64,000 nucleotides of DNA from contig JAWXAQ010000008.1 in NCBI GenBank assembly GCA_034439575.1, forward strand, positions 128,001 through 192,000, read 5' to 3'. The stretch comes from Leptospira sp. (GTDB taxonomy: Bacteria; Spirochaetota; Leptospiria; Leptospirales; Leptospiraceae). The notes under the pieces were generated by a model. The model did not search any database and was not told the origin of the DNA. It saw nothing but the letters and a program-made list of their open reading frames with translations. Both the position numbers and the translations under genes were made by a program. This document shows, piece after piece, positions 24,850-36,014 of this stretch; the first letter of the stretch is position 1, and each line of letters starts with the position of its first letter.

Positions 24850-26967
24850 ATGAGTACAAAAAAAATTAACCCGATCCAATCCATACATGACGTTGCCACA
24901 GCCATGAATTCCACCCAGGATCCCGATGGCCTCTTGGAATTGATTTTAGATCGTTGCATTCAAATTTGTAGTGTGGAATCAGGTTCGCTCATGTTGATTG
25001 ATGAAAAATTGGGTGTCCTAGATGCAGTTACTTCTCGCGGCATGAACCAACAAGTGTTACGCGAAACTAAATTGAAAATTGGTCAGGGTATAACAGGTGT
25101 TGTTGCCTCCACAGGAAAAGCAAAGCTAATCAATGATGTTTCAAAAGATCCTGATTATATTCAAATCAAAGAAGAAATTAAATCAGAGTTAGTTGCTCCA
25201 ATGATCGTTGATGATTCAATTATTGGTATTATATCTTTGGATTCAAATCGATTGAATGCTTTTACCAGTGAAATGCTTGAAATAGTAAGTGTTCTTGCCA
25301 ATCAAGCAGGTCAAGTATTCAAAAATTTACAAACGATTCGAAATTTAGAACAGAAGACAAAAATCCAATCTACCTTGATTGAGATTTCAAAAGTTGTAAC
25401 TACAACATTAGACTTAAATGAAATTTTTGATGCGATCATGTCTACGATTGAAAAATCCCTACGATTAGAAAAAGGGAGTATCGTACTTTATAAAAAAGAA
25501 GATGGCTTGTTACGTATTGTCGCGGCCTGTGGACTTTCCCAAGAAGAATTTGAAAAAGGTTCCTATCAACCAGGAGAGGGCATCACTGGTAAAGTCTTTG
25601 AATCAGGTGAAGCTATGATCGTCGAATCTGTAGCAAGTCATCCTGATTTTTTAAATCGAGTGGGATATTTATCTCATTTTAAACATGATCCACATAACGT
25701 TAGTTTACTGTGTTCACCGATTTTGAGTGAACAGAATATTTTAGGTGTAGTCAATGCATTTGTTGTCCAACACAAACATACCGATTTAAAATCGTATTTA
25801 GATTTTTTGCAAGTGGTTGCCTCAATTATTTCCCAATCGATTAAGATTCAAAATTTAGTTGAGGAAGCTAAAAAGGAGATCTCTAGAGAAAACATTCAGC
25901 TCAAACGCGAGTTAAAGAATAAATATAAATTTGGTTCTTTGATAGGAAAAGCTTCGGCAATGGAAAAAATGTTTGAAAAGATTCAGCTAGTCGCTGATTC
26001 GAGAGCTTCCGTTCTTATCACAGGTGAATCAGGAACAGGAAAAGAAATGATAGCAAATGCTATCCATTACAATAGCACAAGGTCTGAAAATCCGTTTGTA
26101 AAAATTAATTGTGCGGCTATTCCTGAAAATTTATTGGAAAGTGAATTGTTTGGACACAAAAAAGGTGCCTTTACAGGTGCTGTCAGTGATAAAAAAGGCA
26201 AATTTGAGTTAGCTGATACTGGATCTATTTTTCTTGATGAAATCGGTGAAATGGATTTAAATTTACAATCTAAGTTACTGAGAGTTTTACAAGAAAGAGA
26301 AATCGAAGCAGTAGGATCAACTAAGCCGAAGAAGGTGGATGTTCGGATCATTGCCGCGACAAATGCTGAGTTAGAACAATTGGTCGCAGAAAAAAAATTC
26401 AGAGCTGATTTGTTTTATAGATTGAATGTCGTGAAAATAAATACTCCTCCACTTAGAGAAAGGACAGAAGATATTCCACTTCTAATCAATCATTTCTTAG
26501 AAAAATATGCCAAAGATAATAATAAAAATATCCGTGGAGTCACAAGAGAGGCCAGTCGCTTATTATTAAAATATAGATGGCCAGGGAATGTTCGAGAACT
26601 TGAAAACGTAATTGAGAGAGCTGTGGTTTTATCTCAAGATGAATTATTGGCAGAAGATGATTTTTCTGATTTAGTCATCAATTTGGAAACACAAATTGAA
26701 ACTCAGTCTGAAGTGACATCCATTCCAGCTAACGATACGGCAAATAATTCCGAATCTCTTGATCTCACTTCTGGTCGTCTAACACCGGGTCAGCTGGACA
26801 ATTTGGACGGTCGAGCGATGGAGATCGTGGTAAATGAAGTAGAGTCAAGATTGATACAATACGCGATGAAAAAATTTAGATACACTAAGACTCGAGTAGC
26901 CAAATATTTAGGTATCAACCGAAATACTTTGGATAAAAAGATCAAAGAACTAAATATTGAATATTAG
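24850..26967 (+). CDS. Sigma-54 enhancer-binding protein, GAF-GAF-AAA+-HTH (FhlA/NifA-like; EbpA-like)
   Basis: Two GAF domains, [38 protein letters not shown], Fis-type HTH ([14 protein letters not shown]). Confidence 0.93.
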   Translation: MSTKKINPIQSIHDVATAMNSTQDPDGLLELILDRCIQICSVESGSLMLIDEKLGVLDAVTSRGMNQQVLRETKLKIGQGITGVVASTGKAKLINDVSKDPDYIQIKEEIKSELVAPMIVDDSIIGIISLDSNRLNAFTSEMLEIVSVLANQAGQVFKNLQTIRNLEQKTKIQSTLIEISKVVTTTLDLNEIFDAIMSTIEKSLRLEKGSIVLYKKEDGLLRIVAACGLSQEEFEKGSYQPGEGITGKVFESGEAMIVESVASHPDFLNRVGYLSHFKHDPHNVSLLCSPILSEQNILGVVNAFVVQHKHTDLKSYLDFLQVVASIISQSIKIQNLVEEAKKEISRENIQLKRELKNKYKFGSLIGKASAMEKMFEKIQLVADSRASVLITGESGTGKEMIANAIHYNSTRSENPFVKINCAAIPENLLESELFGHKKGAFTGAVSDKKGKFELADTGSIFLDEIGEMDLNLQSKLLRVLQEREIEAVGSTKPKKVDVRIIAATNAELEQLVAEKKFRADLFYRLNVVKINTPPLRERTEDIPLLINHFLEKYAKDNNKNIRGVTREASRLLLKYRWPGNVRELENVIERAVVLSQDELLAEDDFSDLVINLETQIETQSEVTSIPANDTANNSESLDLTSGRLTPGQLDNLDGRAMEIVVNEVESRLIQYAMKKFRYTKTRVAKYLGINRNTLDKKIKELNIEY

Positions 26968-27042
26968 TGATAAAATTGAATTGAGCATTGAATCTTGGAT
27001 TTAATTTACTTTTTTGAAATTTCATATTAACAATCGCCTTTA

Positions 27043-27837
27043 CTAAACTATATCAAAAAAATGATTTAGATGAGATATAGGTCCGGTTTTTATAGAATCT
27101 TCCAAGGTTCTATGAATATATTCTTTAGCTTTGCCGACAGCTTCTGGGAGAGTTTTGCCTTTTGCTAAAAAAGCCGCGATGGCTGCTGAATATGTACAAC
27201 CAGTACCATGAGTATTCCTATTTTTTAAAAAAGGTTTTTTAAATTCATAAATAGATTTTCCATCGAAAAGTATATCTGTCGCATCTTCTGTGTTTACCAG
27301 ATGACCACCTTTTAATAGAATTGGAACTTTGAATGTTTCATACAATTTTTTAGCAGAGGGAATCAATTCATCATATTCAGCGATTCGATTTCCTAAAAGT
27401 AAGGAAGCCTCATCTAAGTTTGGTGTGATGACAGTAGCTAAGGGAATGAGTTTTGAAATGAGAGTATTTATGGCATCATCTTTCAGTAGTTTGGCGCCAC
27501 TTGTCGCAATCATAACTGGATCTACAACAATTTGAATTTGTTTGTTTTTTGAAAACAAATCACAAACAACATTGATTATGGATTCTGAAAATAACATTCC
27601 CGTTTTACAGGCTTTGATCGGAAAAAAGTTTAATACAGCATCTAACTGTTCTTCTATGAATTTTGTTGGAATTTCATGTATGGCACTGACTCCATTTGGA
27701 TTTTGTGCTGTTAAACAAGTAAAGACAGTCGTGCCAAAAGTTTTAAGCGCAGAAAAAGTTTTTAAGTCAGCCTGAACGCCTGCACCACCTCCGGAATCTG
27801 ATCCAGCAATCGTAAGTGTAATCGGTAGTTCTGTCAT
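27043..27837 (-). CDS. thiD: Hydroxymethylpyrimidine/phosphomethylpyrimidine kinase
   Basis: TIAGSDSGGGAGVQADLKT, KTGML, DPVM, TPNLDEA, KGGH, HGTGCT. ATG at 27837. Confidence 0.95.
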   Translation of the reverse strand: MTELPITLTIAGSDSGGGAGVQADLKTFSALKTFGTTVFTCLTAQNPNGVSAIHEIPTKFIEEQLDAVLNFFPIKACKTGMLFSESIINVVCDLFSKNKQIQIVVDPVMIATSGAKLLKDDAINTLISKLIPLATVITPNLDEASLLLGNRIAEYDELIPSAKKLYETFKVPILLKGGHLVNTEDATDILFDGKSIYEFKKPFLKNRNTHGTGCTYSAAIAAFLAKGKTLPEAVGKAKEYIHRTLEDSIKTGPISHLNHFFDIV

Positions 27838-27839
27838 AA

Positions 27840-28163
27840 TTATAATTTGAACCAACCATACTTTTTTAAGTCAATCGAATCTGTAGAATCAAAAACAATT
27901 CCTTCTTTTATGAGAATTTTTTTCTGCAAATTGGCACGTAATGTGTCGCCTTTGAAACTGATTTTGCCTTGGGAATTGATGACTCGTTGCCAAGGTATTT
28001 CGGTCGCTTCATTTTTTTGTAATGCATTCAAAGCATAACCGACAGCACGTGCAGCTCTAGGTTGATTTAGAAGCAAAGCAATCGTCCCATAGTTTGTGAC
28101 CTTTCCTTTGGGAATTTTTTTGACTATAGTATACACTTTTTCGTAGAAATTTGTTTCTTTCAT
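27840..28163 (-). CDS. MGMT-family alkyltransferase-like (ATL) DNA-binding protein
   Basis: IPKGKVTNYG, ARAVG, PWQRV (Trp in place of the catalytic Cys), EG. Confidence 0.85.
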   Translation of the reverse strand: MKETNFYEKVYTIVKKIPKGKVTNYGTIALLLNQPRAARAVGYALNALQKNEATEIPWQRVINSQGKISFKGDTLRANLQKKILIKEGIVFDSTDSIDLKKYGWFKL

Positions 28164-28240
28164 ATTTCAAAAAGTGCTTCCAAAGCACTGTCATTTCATA
28201 AACCTGAAATGAGATTCTATTTTATTCAAACTTTTTTTAA

Positions 28241-29119
28241 ATGAAAATTTCTGATTACGCAAAACATTTGTTACAGTCTTCATCATTGAATGACAAATTA
28301 TTATCACCGAACAAAGTATGGGAATCTGAAATTGATTTAAAGCCTATCATCATTGAAAAACCGAATCGACAGTCAAACTTAATGTTTTCAGATTCAAAAA
28401 CTAAGATACCCAGATTGGAACATTTAAATCAAGTATCCGCTAAGGGCTTAACTCTACACCATTTTGCGAATCATGAACTTATGGCCATTGAACTTTTTGC
28501 ATGGGCTTTACTTGCTTTTCCCGATGCACCCATGCGGTTTCGTATTGGATTTTTAAAAACAATAGAAGAAGAACAATCTCATCTAAGACTTTATCTAAAA
28601 CGGATGCATGATTTCGGAGTGGAATTTGGAGATATACCTGTTAATTATTTGTTTTGGAAACAGATTTCACAATTTACGAACATTCAAAAATTCTCAGCTA
28701 TCTTATCTATCAGTTTCGAAGGCGCAAATTTAGATTTTTCTCAAATTTACACGCAAGCATTTCTTCATCATGGAGATCTGGAAACGGCACAAATCATGAT
28801 CCAAATTTTTGAAGATGAAGTCAAACACGTGAAACGCGGATTGAAAATTCTAAAAGCTGACAATCAAAATGAAATTTCTGAATGGAATTTATATAAATCT
28901 CAAATCAAATTTCCCTTCACTCCGAGGCGAGCGAAGGCATACTTTTATTTTCCCGAAACAAGAAAACTTGCCGGATTTACTGATTCATTTTGTTCTGAGC
29001 TTGGTAATTATTCCGATGAATATTCAGGAAGAGTGAACTTGAATGGTTTAGGTAATATTAAAATTGGAAATGAAATCATTAGAAAATCTGACTTGCTTCC
29101 AAATCAAATTGTAATCTAA
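28241..29119 (+). CDS. DUF455 ferritin-like (di-iron) protein
   Basis: LHHFANHELMAIE, EEQSHL, EGANLD, DEVKHV and R..AGF motifs. Confidence 0.8.
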   Translation: MKISDYAKHLLQSSSLNDKLLSPNKVWESEIDLKPIIIEKPNRQSNLMFSDSKTKIPRLEHLNQVSAKGLTLHHFANHELMAIELFAWALLAFPDAPMRFRIGFLKTIEEEQSHLRLYLKRMHDFGVEFGDIPVNYLFWKQISQFTNIQKFSAILSISFEGANLDFSQIYTQAFLHHGDLETAQIMIQIFEDEVKHVKRGLKILKADNQNEISEWNLYKSQIKFPFTPRRAKAYFYFPETRKLAGFTDSFCSELGNYSDEYSGRVNLNGLGNIKIGNEIIRKSDLLPNQIVI

Positions 29120-29151
29120 TGAAGTTGAATCGAAGGAAAGGAAAATAATTT

Positions 29152-29559
29152 ATGAATAAAATTTTGTTATTATGTACAATGATCGTTGTACTAAGTGTAG
29201 GTTTGATTGCCGAATCCAAAAAAAAGAATAAGGAATTCTCTCCGGAAATGACCTTACATGATTTTATGGAAGATTATACAAAACCCGCGACGAAACTTTT
29301 GGACAAAAAAGGGAATTCCGAATATCTGACAAAAATTTTAGAAAAAGTTTCTGCTATGGCTCCAGCAGATCAACAAGCAGAGTGGAAGGAAATCATTGAT
29401 GCTAAGTTAGCTGTTGGTAAACCAGAAGATTCATGTAAGTCATGTCATACGAAGTTCAAAAAAGATTACAAAAAGAATTATCGCAAAAAACTCATATCAG
29501 TTCCTGAAGAACTTAAAAATTTTCCAGAAGAAATTAAAACACTTCTAAAACAAAAATAA
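29152..29559 (+). CDS. Small exported protein with one heme-c motif (putative cytochrome c)
   Basis: Signal peptide, CKSCH, helical and Lys-rich. Confidence 0.6.
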   Translation: MNKILLLCTMIVVLSVGLIAESKKKNKEFSPEMTLHDFMEDYTKPATKLLDKKGNSEYLTKILEKVSAMAPADQQAEWKEIIDAKLAVGKPEDSCKSCHTKFKKDYKKNYRKKLISVPEELKNFPEEIKTLLKQK

Positions 29560-29647
29560 ATATTAATCTTTTCTTAATAGATTATTTTTGTTCTTAATTT
29601 TAGCGGGCTTGATTTTCTTTATGCATTATGCTAAATTATAAAACATA

Positions 29648-30868
29648 ATGTATAAAGAAAAATCTCTATTAGTATTTTTACTTTTTTGTTATCTAAGTCT
29701 AGGTGCAGAAGAAATTAGAAAAGATACAAATGCTGATACTATTGAAAATGCAAAAAAAATACCCTCACCTCAAGAACCTATATTACCTAAATCTTTGAAG
29801 TTCGGTGCTTTTATTGATTCTTATTATTTATATAACAACAATTTGCCGAAAGCTACAGAACGCCAGTACACGACGCAAGCGATCAGAAATAATGAATTTA
29901 ATATCAATCTGGCTCATATAGATGCTACGATTAAAGAAGATAAATATCGAGGTCGGCTCGCCTTTCAATGGGGCACTTCAGTTAACGCAAATTATGCTGG
30001 AGAAATCACTTCTGAAAAATCATCCAATCAAAATACGGTAAAACATATCCAAGAAGCATTTGTTGGTGTAAAAATTGCAAAGAATACTTGGATAGATGCA
30101 GGGATATTTTTTGGTAATATTGGGCATGAATCATGGATTTCTCAAAATAATGTCAATTATACTCGTGCATTCGCACTCGACTATGTGCCGTACTATTCAT
30201 CGGGTGTCCGTTTAACACATGAATTTTCAAATCGATTGAGTGTCCAATTTCAAGTTTTAAATGGATGGCAAAATATAACTGAGAACAATAAAGACAAGGC
30301 AATCGGTAGTCAAATTAAATTTGAAATTGTACCAAAACTTGTCCTGACTTTAAACCAATTTGTTGGAAACGAAGCACCCAATAACGAACGCAAACAATTG
30401 AGACTTTATAATAATACAATACTTGAATGGACTGCATTGGGATGGCTTTCGTTAGCTGGGCAATTTGATGTAGGGGCACAAAAAGCAAAACAAAGTTTTA
30501 TCTATGAACCTTGGCTCAAATCCTATGATTCAAATTTAAGTGAATATAGGGAAACTCGATCCGAAGTGTTTCGCCAATGGTATCATGGAACCATTTGGGT
30601 GAGTTTCAAATTGTCCCCCGATTACAGGCTTAGTTTTAGAGTAGAGAGGTTTTATGATCCACTACAAGTTATGGCTGTTACGGGAACCAAAAATGGATTT
30701 ATGTCAAATGGTTATACGACAACTTTTGATATCTTAAGGTTTGATCCTGCCATGCTCCGCCTAGAATACGTTTACCGAAGGTCGGCAGATTCCATTTTTG
30801 AATATAGAAATTCGCATACATCGAAAAAAGAAGATTTTATCGTCGCCGCATTTACTATGAAGTTTTAG
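29648..30868 (+). CDS. Outer membrane beta-barrel porin (BBP2/OmpL-like)
   Basis: Signal peptide; FIDSYY.YN, IQEAFVG, DAGIF..IG.E, PYYSSGVR, NGWQ..ENNK.K; C-terminal F. Confidence 0.8.
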   Translation: MYKEKSLLVFLLFCYLSLGAEEIRKDTNADTIENAKKIPSPQEPILPKSLKFGAFIDSYYLYNNNLPKATERQYTTQAIRNNEFNINLAHIDATIKEDKYRGRLAFQWGTSVNANYAGEITSEKSSNQNTVKHIQEAFVGVKIAKNTWIDAGIFFGNIGHESWISQNNVNYTRAFALDYVPYYSSGVRLTHEFSNRLSVQFQVLNGWQNITENNKDKAIGSQIKFEIVPKLVLTLNQFVGNEAPNNERKQLRLYNNTILEWTALGWLSLAGQFDVGAQKAKQSFIYEPWLKSYDSNLSEYRETRSEVFRQWYHGTIWVSFKLSPDYRLSFRVERFYDPLQVMAVTGTKNGFMSNGYTTTFDILRFDPAMLRLEYVYRRSADSIFEYRNSHTSKKEDFIVAAFTMKF

Positions 30869-30878
30869 TAAAGAAACA

Positions 30879-30902
30879 AGAGGATCAATCATCTGATCCT
30901 CT
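30879..30902. terminator. Hairpin between convergent porin and RND genes
   Basis: AGAGGATCA-atcatc-TGATCCTCT. Confidence 0.5.
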
Positions 30903-30917
30903 CATAAACTTTCCTTA

Positions 30918-33900
30918 TCAACCATCTAACTGAATTTTTTTATTCTTTTTCTTCGCTGGTAACTTTTCCTTTTTATCAGTTTTTCTTCGATTATAGTTTT
31001 GATTCTCTTCATCACTTTTTTCATCTATCAATTCATCAAAAGCATTTTCATTCACTTCAAAGAAACGAGTTATATTTTGTGAAGGCGCAGAATTTGGATT
31101 ATAGAATTTTCCTTCTACTTTTCTTTCACCTACAACGAGTAGATAAAGAGAAGGTAAAATTGTTAATACTAGTAACATCGCTGAGAATAATCCACCAACG
31201 ATAACAGTTGCGAGTGGTCTTTGAATATCTGAACCAACTCCTGTCCCTAAAGTGGCAGGTATCAGACCAAGTAATGCGAGTAACATGGTCATTAGCATCG
31301 GTCTCAGCTGAATTACTGCCGCTTTACTCACGGCTTTTTTTGTAGATAAATTTGGTTCTTCAATGAGAAGGTGATTCGTTCTAGATACGAATAGTACACC
31401 TGACATAGTCGCAATACCAAAGAGTGAAATAAATCCTACGCCACCTGATACATTGAAGTAATAACCTCGGAGTAGAAGTGCATAGATTCCACCTATCAAT
31501 GAAAGAGGTATACAAGCTAAGGCAACATATACGTATTGCAAATTTCGGTATAACATGTACAATACACCGAAGATAATTAATATCGTAATGGGAATGACTA
31601 ATGCTAATTTTTTCCCAACTCGAGATAAGTTTTCGTATTGGCCACCAAATTTAATTTCATAACCTTCAGGAAGTTTGATTTTCTTTTTAACTTCTTTTTG
31701 GAGTTCAGCTACGAATCCACCTTGATCCCTGCCTCTGATGTTTGTTCTAACAGTGACTACACGTCTTCCTTCTTGACGAAAAATCATTGTTGGTCCGTCT
31801 ATTAAACTGATTTCGGCCAATTCGGATAGAGGGATGCGTTCTCCTTTCGGTGAGATAATTGGCATGTTTTCAATCGCTTGTTTTGAAGCTCTATAATCTT
31901 TTGAGAATCGCACAACAATTCCAAACCTAGCGGGCGTTTTGGGAGGAATATCGGATGGTCCTTCATATAGAGTACTTACTCGTTGCATACCGATGGCAGC
32001 TTCAATCATTTGTTGGATATCGATCACATTGATTCCAAATCTCGCCGCTGCTTCTCTATTAATTTTTATGGTCAATTGTGGGCTTTCGTTTTCTTGTTCG
32101 ATCCCATACTCACTGGCACCCTTCATTTCTTTTACAATGTCTAATATTTCTGTGCCAATACCTCGCATAACACGTAGATCGTTGCCAGAAACGAATACGG
32201 CCAAGTCAGCAATGGTTCCCATGATGGCTTCCGATAGGTTGTCCATGATGGGTTGAGAAAAACTGATCCTAGCTCCAGGTAAGGTAGCCTCTAAATCATT
32301 TTTCATTCGGAGGAGTAATTCTTGTTTGGTAATTTTTTCTTGCCAATCATTATAGTCTTTTAGTCCTATTAGAACTTCTAGTCTGTTTGGTGGAAGTGGG
32401 TCAGTACCATCATCATTTCGACCTAACTGAGATAATACGACATTTACCTGCTCGTTTTTGTAAATAATTTGCCTGATTTTTGGCATAAATTTTCTTGCTT
32501 CAGGAAGTGAAATTCCTACAGGAAAGAAAATACGGATATTGAATCCACCCTCATCCATTTCAGGTAAAAATTCTGTTCCCAATGCATACATTCCAATGGC
32601 TAACAAAGCGAATACGATACTAAATGTGGTTTTGACAATGACTCTAGATCTTTCTACTATGTATTCGATAAGGATTTCATATTTTTTCTCTAACCAATGG
32701 TAGAATGGATTATGCCATTCAATGGGTCCCGGATTAGTCGATTCAAAATACTTTCTATAAATTATCGACATCAGCACAGGAATTACAGTCATAGCAAAAA
32801 TTAGTGCACCTAATATGGCAAAGGAGATTGTGAATGCCATAGGCTTGAAGAGTCTTCCTTCAATTCGTTCAAAGGAAAAAATGGGAAGATATGCTAAAAT
32901 GATAATGAGAATCGAAAATAAAATTTCAGTTCCGACTTCAGCTGATGCATCACGCGTAAAGGAGATGATCCCTTTCTGTTTATCAGCGGGACTTGCATCT
33001 CTGTACCTTCTCATGATGTTTTCAACCATGATCACAGCACCATCTACGATGATCCCAAAGTCGATGGCACCTAATGATAGTAAACTGGCTGGTATGCCCG
33101 TTAGGTTCATTAATAAAAAGGCAAAGAGCATGGCAAATGGAATCGTAGCGACAACTACTAGGGATGCTCGAACACTTCCAATAAAGAAAATCAATACAAG
33201 ACTGACAACGACAACGCCTTCTACTAAGGTCTTACCAATTGTTCTGAGTGTATAATTTACTAAGTCTGTCCTATCGTAAGTATTTCTAATTTGCACATCT
33301 TTAGGAAGGTAGTTTTCATTTATCTCTTGGACTTTATCACGTATCCGCACTCCCATTTCATTTGGATCGCCCCATCGTCGCATGGCAACCAAACCTTGCA
33401 CAGACGAATCTACATCCAATAATCCATCGATATCATTTTGAACCGTATAACCAAGAACTCCACTGGGGATAGGGTGGGACACTTCGACAGTACCTAAGTC
33501 TCGAATGAAAACGGGAACACCATTTACTGTTTTTACAACGATGTCTTCGATATGTTTTGGATCTCGGATAGCACCAAGGGAACGGATTGGAAATCCTTGT
33601 TCCCCTTGTAAAAGTAAGTTACCACCAGTGTTTAAGTTGTTTTCTTGAATGGCTGTGATCACATCGCGAATTGTCAATTTATAACGAATCAATTTATCTG
33701 GTGAAGTCACAACATGGTATTGTTTAGGAAGTCCACCAAAGGTGACTACATCGGCTATGCCTGGAATTTGTAACATCTTTGGCATAACAATCCAGTCTTG
33801 GATCGTACGTAATTCCATAGATGTATGATTAGCTTTTGATTCTAATACATATCTGTAAATTTCACCGACTGGTGAACTCATAGGACCAAGAGAAGGATGT

Positions 33901-34268
33901 ACATCTTCTGGCAAGTCCGCATCAGCAACTCTTTCCATTAGACGCATCCGAGCAAAATAGTCATCCGTTCCATCTTGAAATACGAATTGAAATACTACTA
34001 ATCCATTGATAGTTCGTGATCGTCTAACCGCAACATTTGGAATAGCATTTAATACTCGTTCAATTGGTAATGTGACTCTTTCTTCGACTTCAACTGCTGC
34101 TTTACCTGGAAATTTTGCAATAAGACGTACTTGGGTATCTGCAATATCAGAATATGCCTCTTTTCTAATATCAATCCATGCCCATGTTCCGAACAGTATT
34201 GATATTGCTGCAGCACATAATGTATAAATTCGATATTGGAGGGCCTTTTCTATAAAATCTTTGATCAT
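30918..34268 (-). CDS. CusA/CzcA-family (HME) RND efflux permease
   Basis: [18 protein letters not shown] proton-relay motif, [35 protein letters not shown]. Confidence 0.93.
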   Translation of the reverse strand: MIKDFIEKALQYRIYTLCAAAISILFGTWAWIDIRKEAYSDIADTQVRLIAKFPGKAAVEVEERVTLPIERVLNAIPNVAVRRSRTINGLVVFQFVFQDGTDDYFARMRLMERVADADLPEDVHPSLGPMSSPVGEIYRYVLESKANHTSMELRTIQDWIVMPKMLQIPGIADVVTFGGLPKQYHVVTSPDKLIRYKLTIRDVITAIQENNLNTGGNLLLQGEQGFPIRSLGAIRDPKHIEDIVVKTVNGVPVFIRDLGTVEVSHPIPSGVLGYTVQNDIDGLLDVDSSVQGLVAMRRWGDPNEMGVRIRDKVQEINENYLPKDVQIRNTYDRTDLVNYTLRTIGKTLVEGVVVVSLVLIFFIGSVRASLVVVATIPFAMLFAFLLMNLTGIPASLLSLGAIDFGIIVDGAVIMVENIMRRYRDASPADKQKGIISFTRDASAEVGTEILFSILIIILAYLPIFSFERIEGRLFKPMAFTISFAILGALIFAMTVIPVLMSIIYRKYFESTNPGPIEWHNPFYHWLEKKYEILIEYIVERSRVIVKTTFSIVFALLAIGMYALGTEFLPEMDEGGFNIRIFFPVGISLPEARKFMPKIRQIIYKNEQVNVVLSQLGRNDDGTDPLPPNRLEVLIGLKDYNDWQEKITKQELLLRMKNDLEATLPGARISFSQPIMDNLSEAIMGTIADLAVFVSGNDLRVMRGIGTEILDIVKEMKGASEYGIEQENESPQLTIKINREAAARFGINVIDIQQMIEAAIGMQRVSTLYEGPSDIPPKTPARFGIVVRFSKDYRASKQAIENMPIISPKGERIPLSELAEISLIDGPTMIFRQEGRRVVTVRTNIRGRDQGGFVAELQKEVKKKIKLPEGYEIKFGGQYENLSRVGKKLALVIPITILIIFGVLYMLYRNLQYVYVALACIPLSLIGGIYALLLRGYYFNVSGGVGFISLFGIATMSGVLFVSRTNHLLIEEPNLSTKKAVSKAAVIQLRPMLMTMLLALLGLIPATLGTGVGSDIQRPLATVIVGGLFSAMLLVLTILPSLYLLVVGERKVEGKFYNPNSAPSQNITRFFEVNENAFDELIDEKSDEENQNYNRRKTDKKEKLPAKKKNKKIQLDG

Positions 34269-35005
34269 TGGTTTGACCTCGTATCAAATAAATACCCCAT
34301 TTGGAGTAATAACTGTGGATTGCGGTAATCGCCTTGGCCGATCCCTCCGCCTAACTGAATAAAAAAGTTGCCGAGTAGCAAATCATAAGTCAAGCCTAGA
34401 TATTGTTGCTTTAAGTAAACTTTTTGTGTATCACGACTCTGATATTCAAATAGTAAGGCTGCTGTTGGATCGGTTTCTGCAATATAAGAGCGGATCAACA
34501 AATCTTCGTAAGTTGGATTTCTGTTTTGATATCCTGGAAAATCAAATCCGGTCGGATAAGAATTTTGACCCCCGCGTCCCACTTCCGGTGAGTAAGGATC
34601 CACTTGATAAGCACCTGCGACTAAGGAAACACTATGGGTGATGACAGGTGTTTTCCAAAAAGTATAACCCAAATCAATCTGTCCACCATACCAATGAGGC
34701 CGCCATCTACCGCCTGACGCACGTATAACGAAGTCATTAAAATAATAACCTAAGTTCAAATTGATGCTTGCAGGCGATCCGATTGATGCCCCATACACAA
34801 AGAAATTTGTCGTTTTTGGAAGTTTCTTTGCCTTTAATGATTCTTCATTTATTTTTTCATCATCTGAAACAGCATTTTTTTTATCAGGATTCCATTCTGG
34901 TTGAATATCCTTTCCTTCTTTATCTTTCGGATAAGGAGATTCAGCACCTAAGTATGTGAAGCTGAAAATTAGGGAAATTAAAATTAAAAAACGGAATGTT
35001 TTCAT
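34265..35005 (-). CDS. Exported hypothetical protein, probable small beta-barrel, inside the RND operon
   Basis: Signal peptide and amphipathic strands ([23 protein letters not shown]). ATG 35005 lies 1 nt after the adaptor stop; ATGA overlap with the permease. Confidence 0.7.
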   Translation of the reverse strand: MKTFRFLILISLIFSFTYLGAESPYPKDKEGKDIQPEWNPDKKNAVSDDEKINEESLKAKKLPKTTNFFVYGASIGSPASINLNLGYYFNDFVIRASGGRWRPHWYGGQIDLGYTFWKTPVITHSVSLVAGAYQVDPYSPEVGRGGQNSYPTGFDFPGYQNRNPTYEDLLIRSYIAETDPTAALLFEYQSRDTQKVYLKQQYLGLTYDLLLGNFFIQLGGGIGQGDYRNPQLLLQMGYLFDTRSNQ

Positions 35006-35006
35006 T

Positions 35007-36014
35007 TTAAAAACCAAAACTCAAGCCTTTCATAAGGATGGAGCCCTCAACTACAACTTTTTCTCCGATTCTTAATCCATCAATGATATTGACCTTTTCT
35101 TTCGTAGAAACACCTAACACAACTTCACGGCGATGAAAGTTTAAAGGTGTCTCTTCCACAAAGACATAGTTTTTTCCTTCTACAGTGACTATTGAGGAAT
35201 AAGGTAAAACTACAGAATCATTTTTGGTTTCTTCTGGAAACTTAACGGTACCAAACATCCCAGGTTTTAGTCTATAACCAGTATTTGTGATCGCTATTCT
35301 CATTTTTGCGGTTCTAGTTAATGGGTCAACGTTGTCTCCAACGGCTTCTGCCATCCCGATGAAATCCTCATCAGGAAAGGAAGCAAATACAACTTTTACT
35401 TTTTTTCCTCGTTTAAGGCTTGTCATCTGAGATTCAGGAATATCTGAGATGACCCATGATTTGTTCATTCCACCACCGGCAAGTTCATTTGGATTCAAAC
35501 CTTGTGCACGAAGTTTACCCTCGAATTCTGCAAGTTCTGCAGAATCATTGCCAAGCTCTGTTTCTACCTCTACTAAATCTTTCTCTGTTGCCACACGATG
35601 CTTAAACATATCTTGGATCCGATTCATGTTTTTTCTAGATCGATGTACTTTGTTTTTAGAATGCACATAACCTACATAAAGATCATTTAATTCTGCTGAT
35701 TCAAAAAGTATGATTCTTGTTCCACTACTAACAGAGGGAGACGCTGATGCAATGATTCGTGCAGGGGCTTCTAAACTTACGAATTCTCCACCACCACCGA
35801 TTACTGCTGATTTCACAATTTCTAAACCGGGGCTATTCGGTTTGAATTCGATGCGAAGTCCATTCTCATGTGCTACAGCTTTTTCTGGATGATGCGCTAC
35901 TTTTTTGGGAGATCTAGTGAGAGCGTAAATGGTAATTGATAGTATAATAATTGTTAATGAGGCAATTAATATAATCAATGATCGTTTATTCAGAGATTTA
36001 ATGGGATTTTTCAT
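35007..36014 (-). CDS. RND periplasmic adaptor (CzcB/CusB-like)
   Basis: N-terminal TM anchor, [34 protein letters not shown]. Confidence 0.9.
   Translation of the reverse strand: MKNPIKSLNKRSLIILIASLTIIILSITIYALTRSPKKVAHHPEKAVAHENGLRIEFKPNSPGLEIVKSAVIGGGGEFVSLEAPARIIASASPSVSSGTRIILFESAELNDLYVGYVHSKNKVHRSRKNMNRIQDMFKHRVATEKDLVEVETELGNDSAELAEFEGKLRAQGLNPNELAGGGMNKSWVISDIPESQMTSLKRGKKVKVVFASFPDEDFIGMAEAVGDNVDPLTRTAKMRIAITNTGYRLKPGMFGTVKFPEETKNDSVVLPYSSIVTVEGKNYVFVEETPLNFHRREVVLGVSTKEKVNIIDGLRIGEKVVVEGSILMKGLSFGF

Noticed and set aside
27840-28163. MGMT lacking its catalytic Cys as a novelty or pseudogene
   Set aside because: The Cys-to-Trp change defines the known ATL (alkyltransferase-like) subfamily.
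29560-29600. TTAAT direct repeats upstream of the porin as an OmpR/PhoB-type box
   Set aside because: Too short and AT-rich to distinguish from background without comparative data.
31939-33255. Long antisense ORFs inside the RND gene (similar ones in ppk1, fliD, the MFS and PP2C genes)
   Set aside because: Codon-register shadows of well-supported genes, lacking an SD or recognisable motifs.
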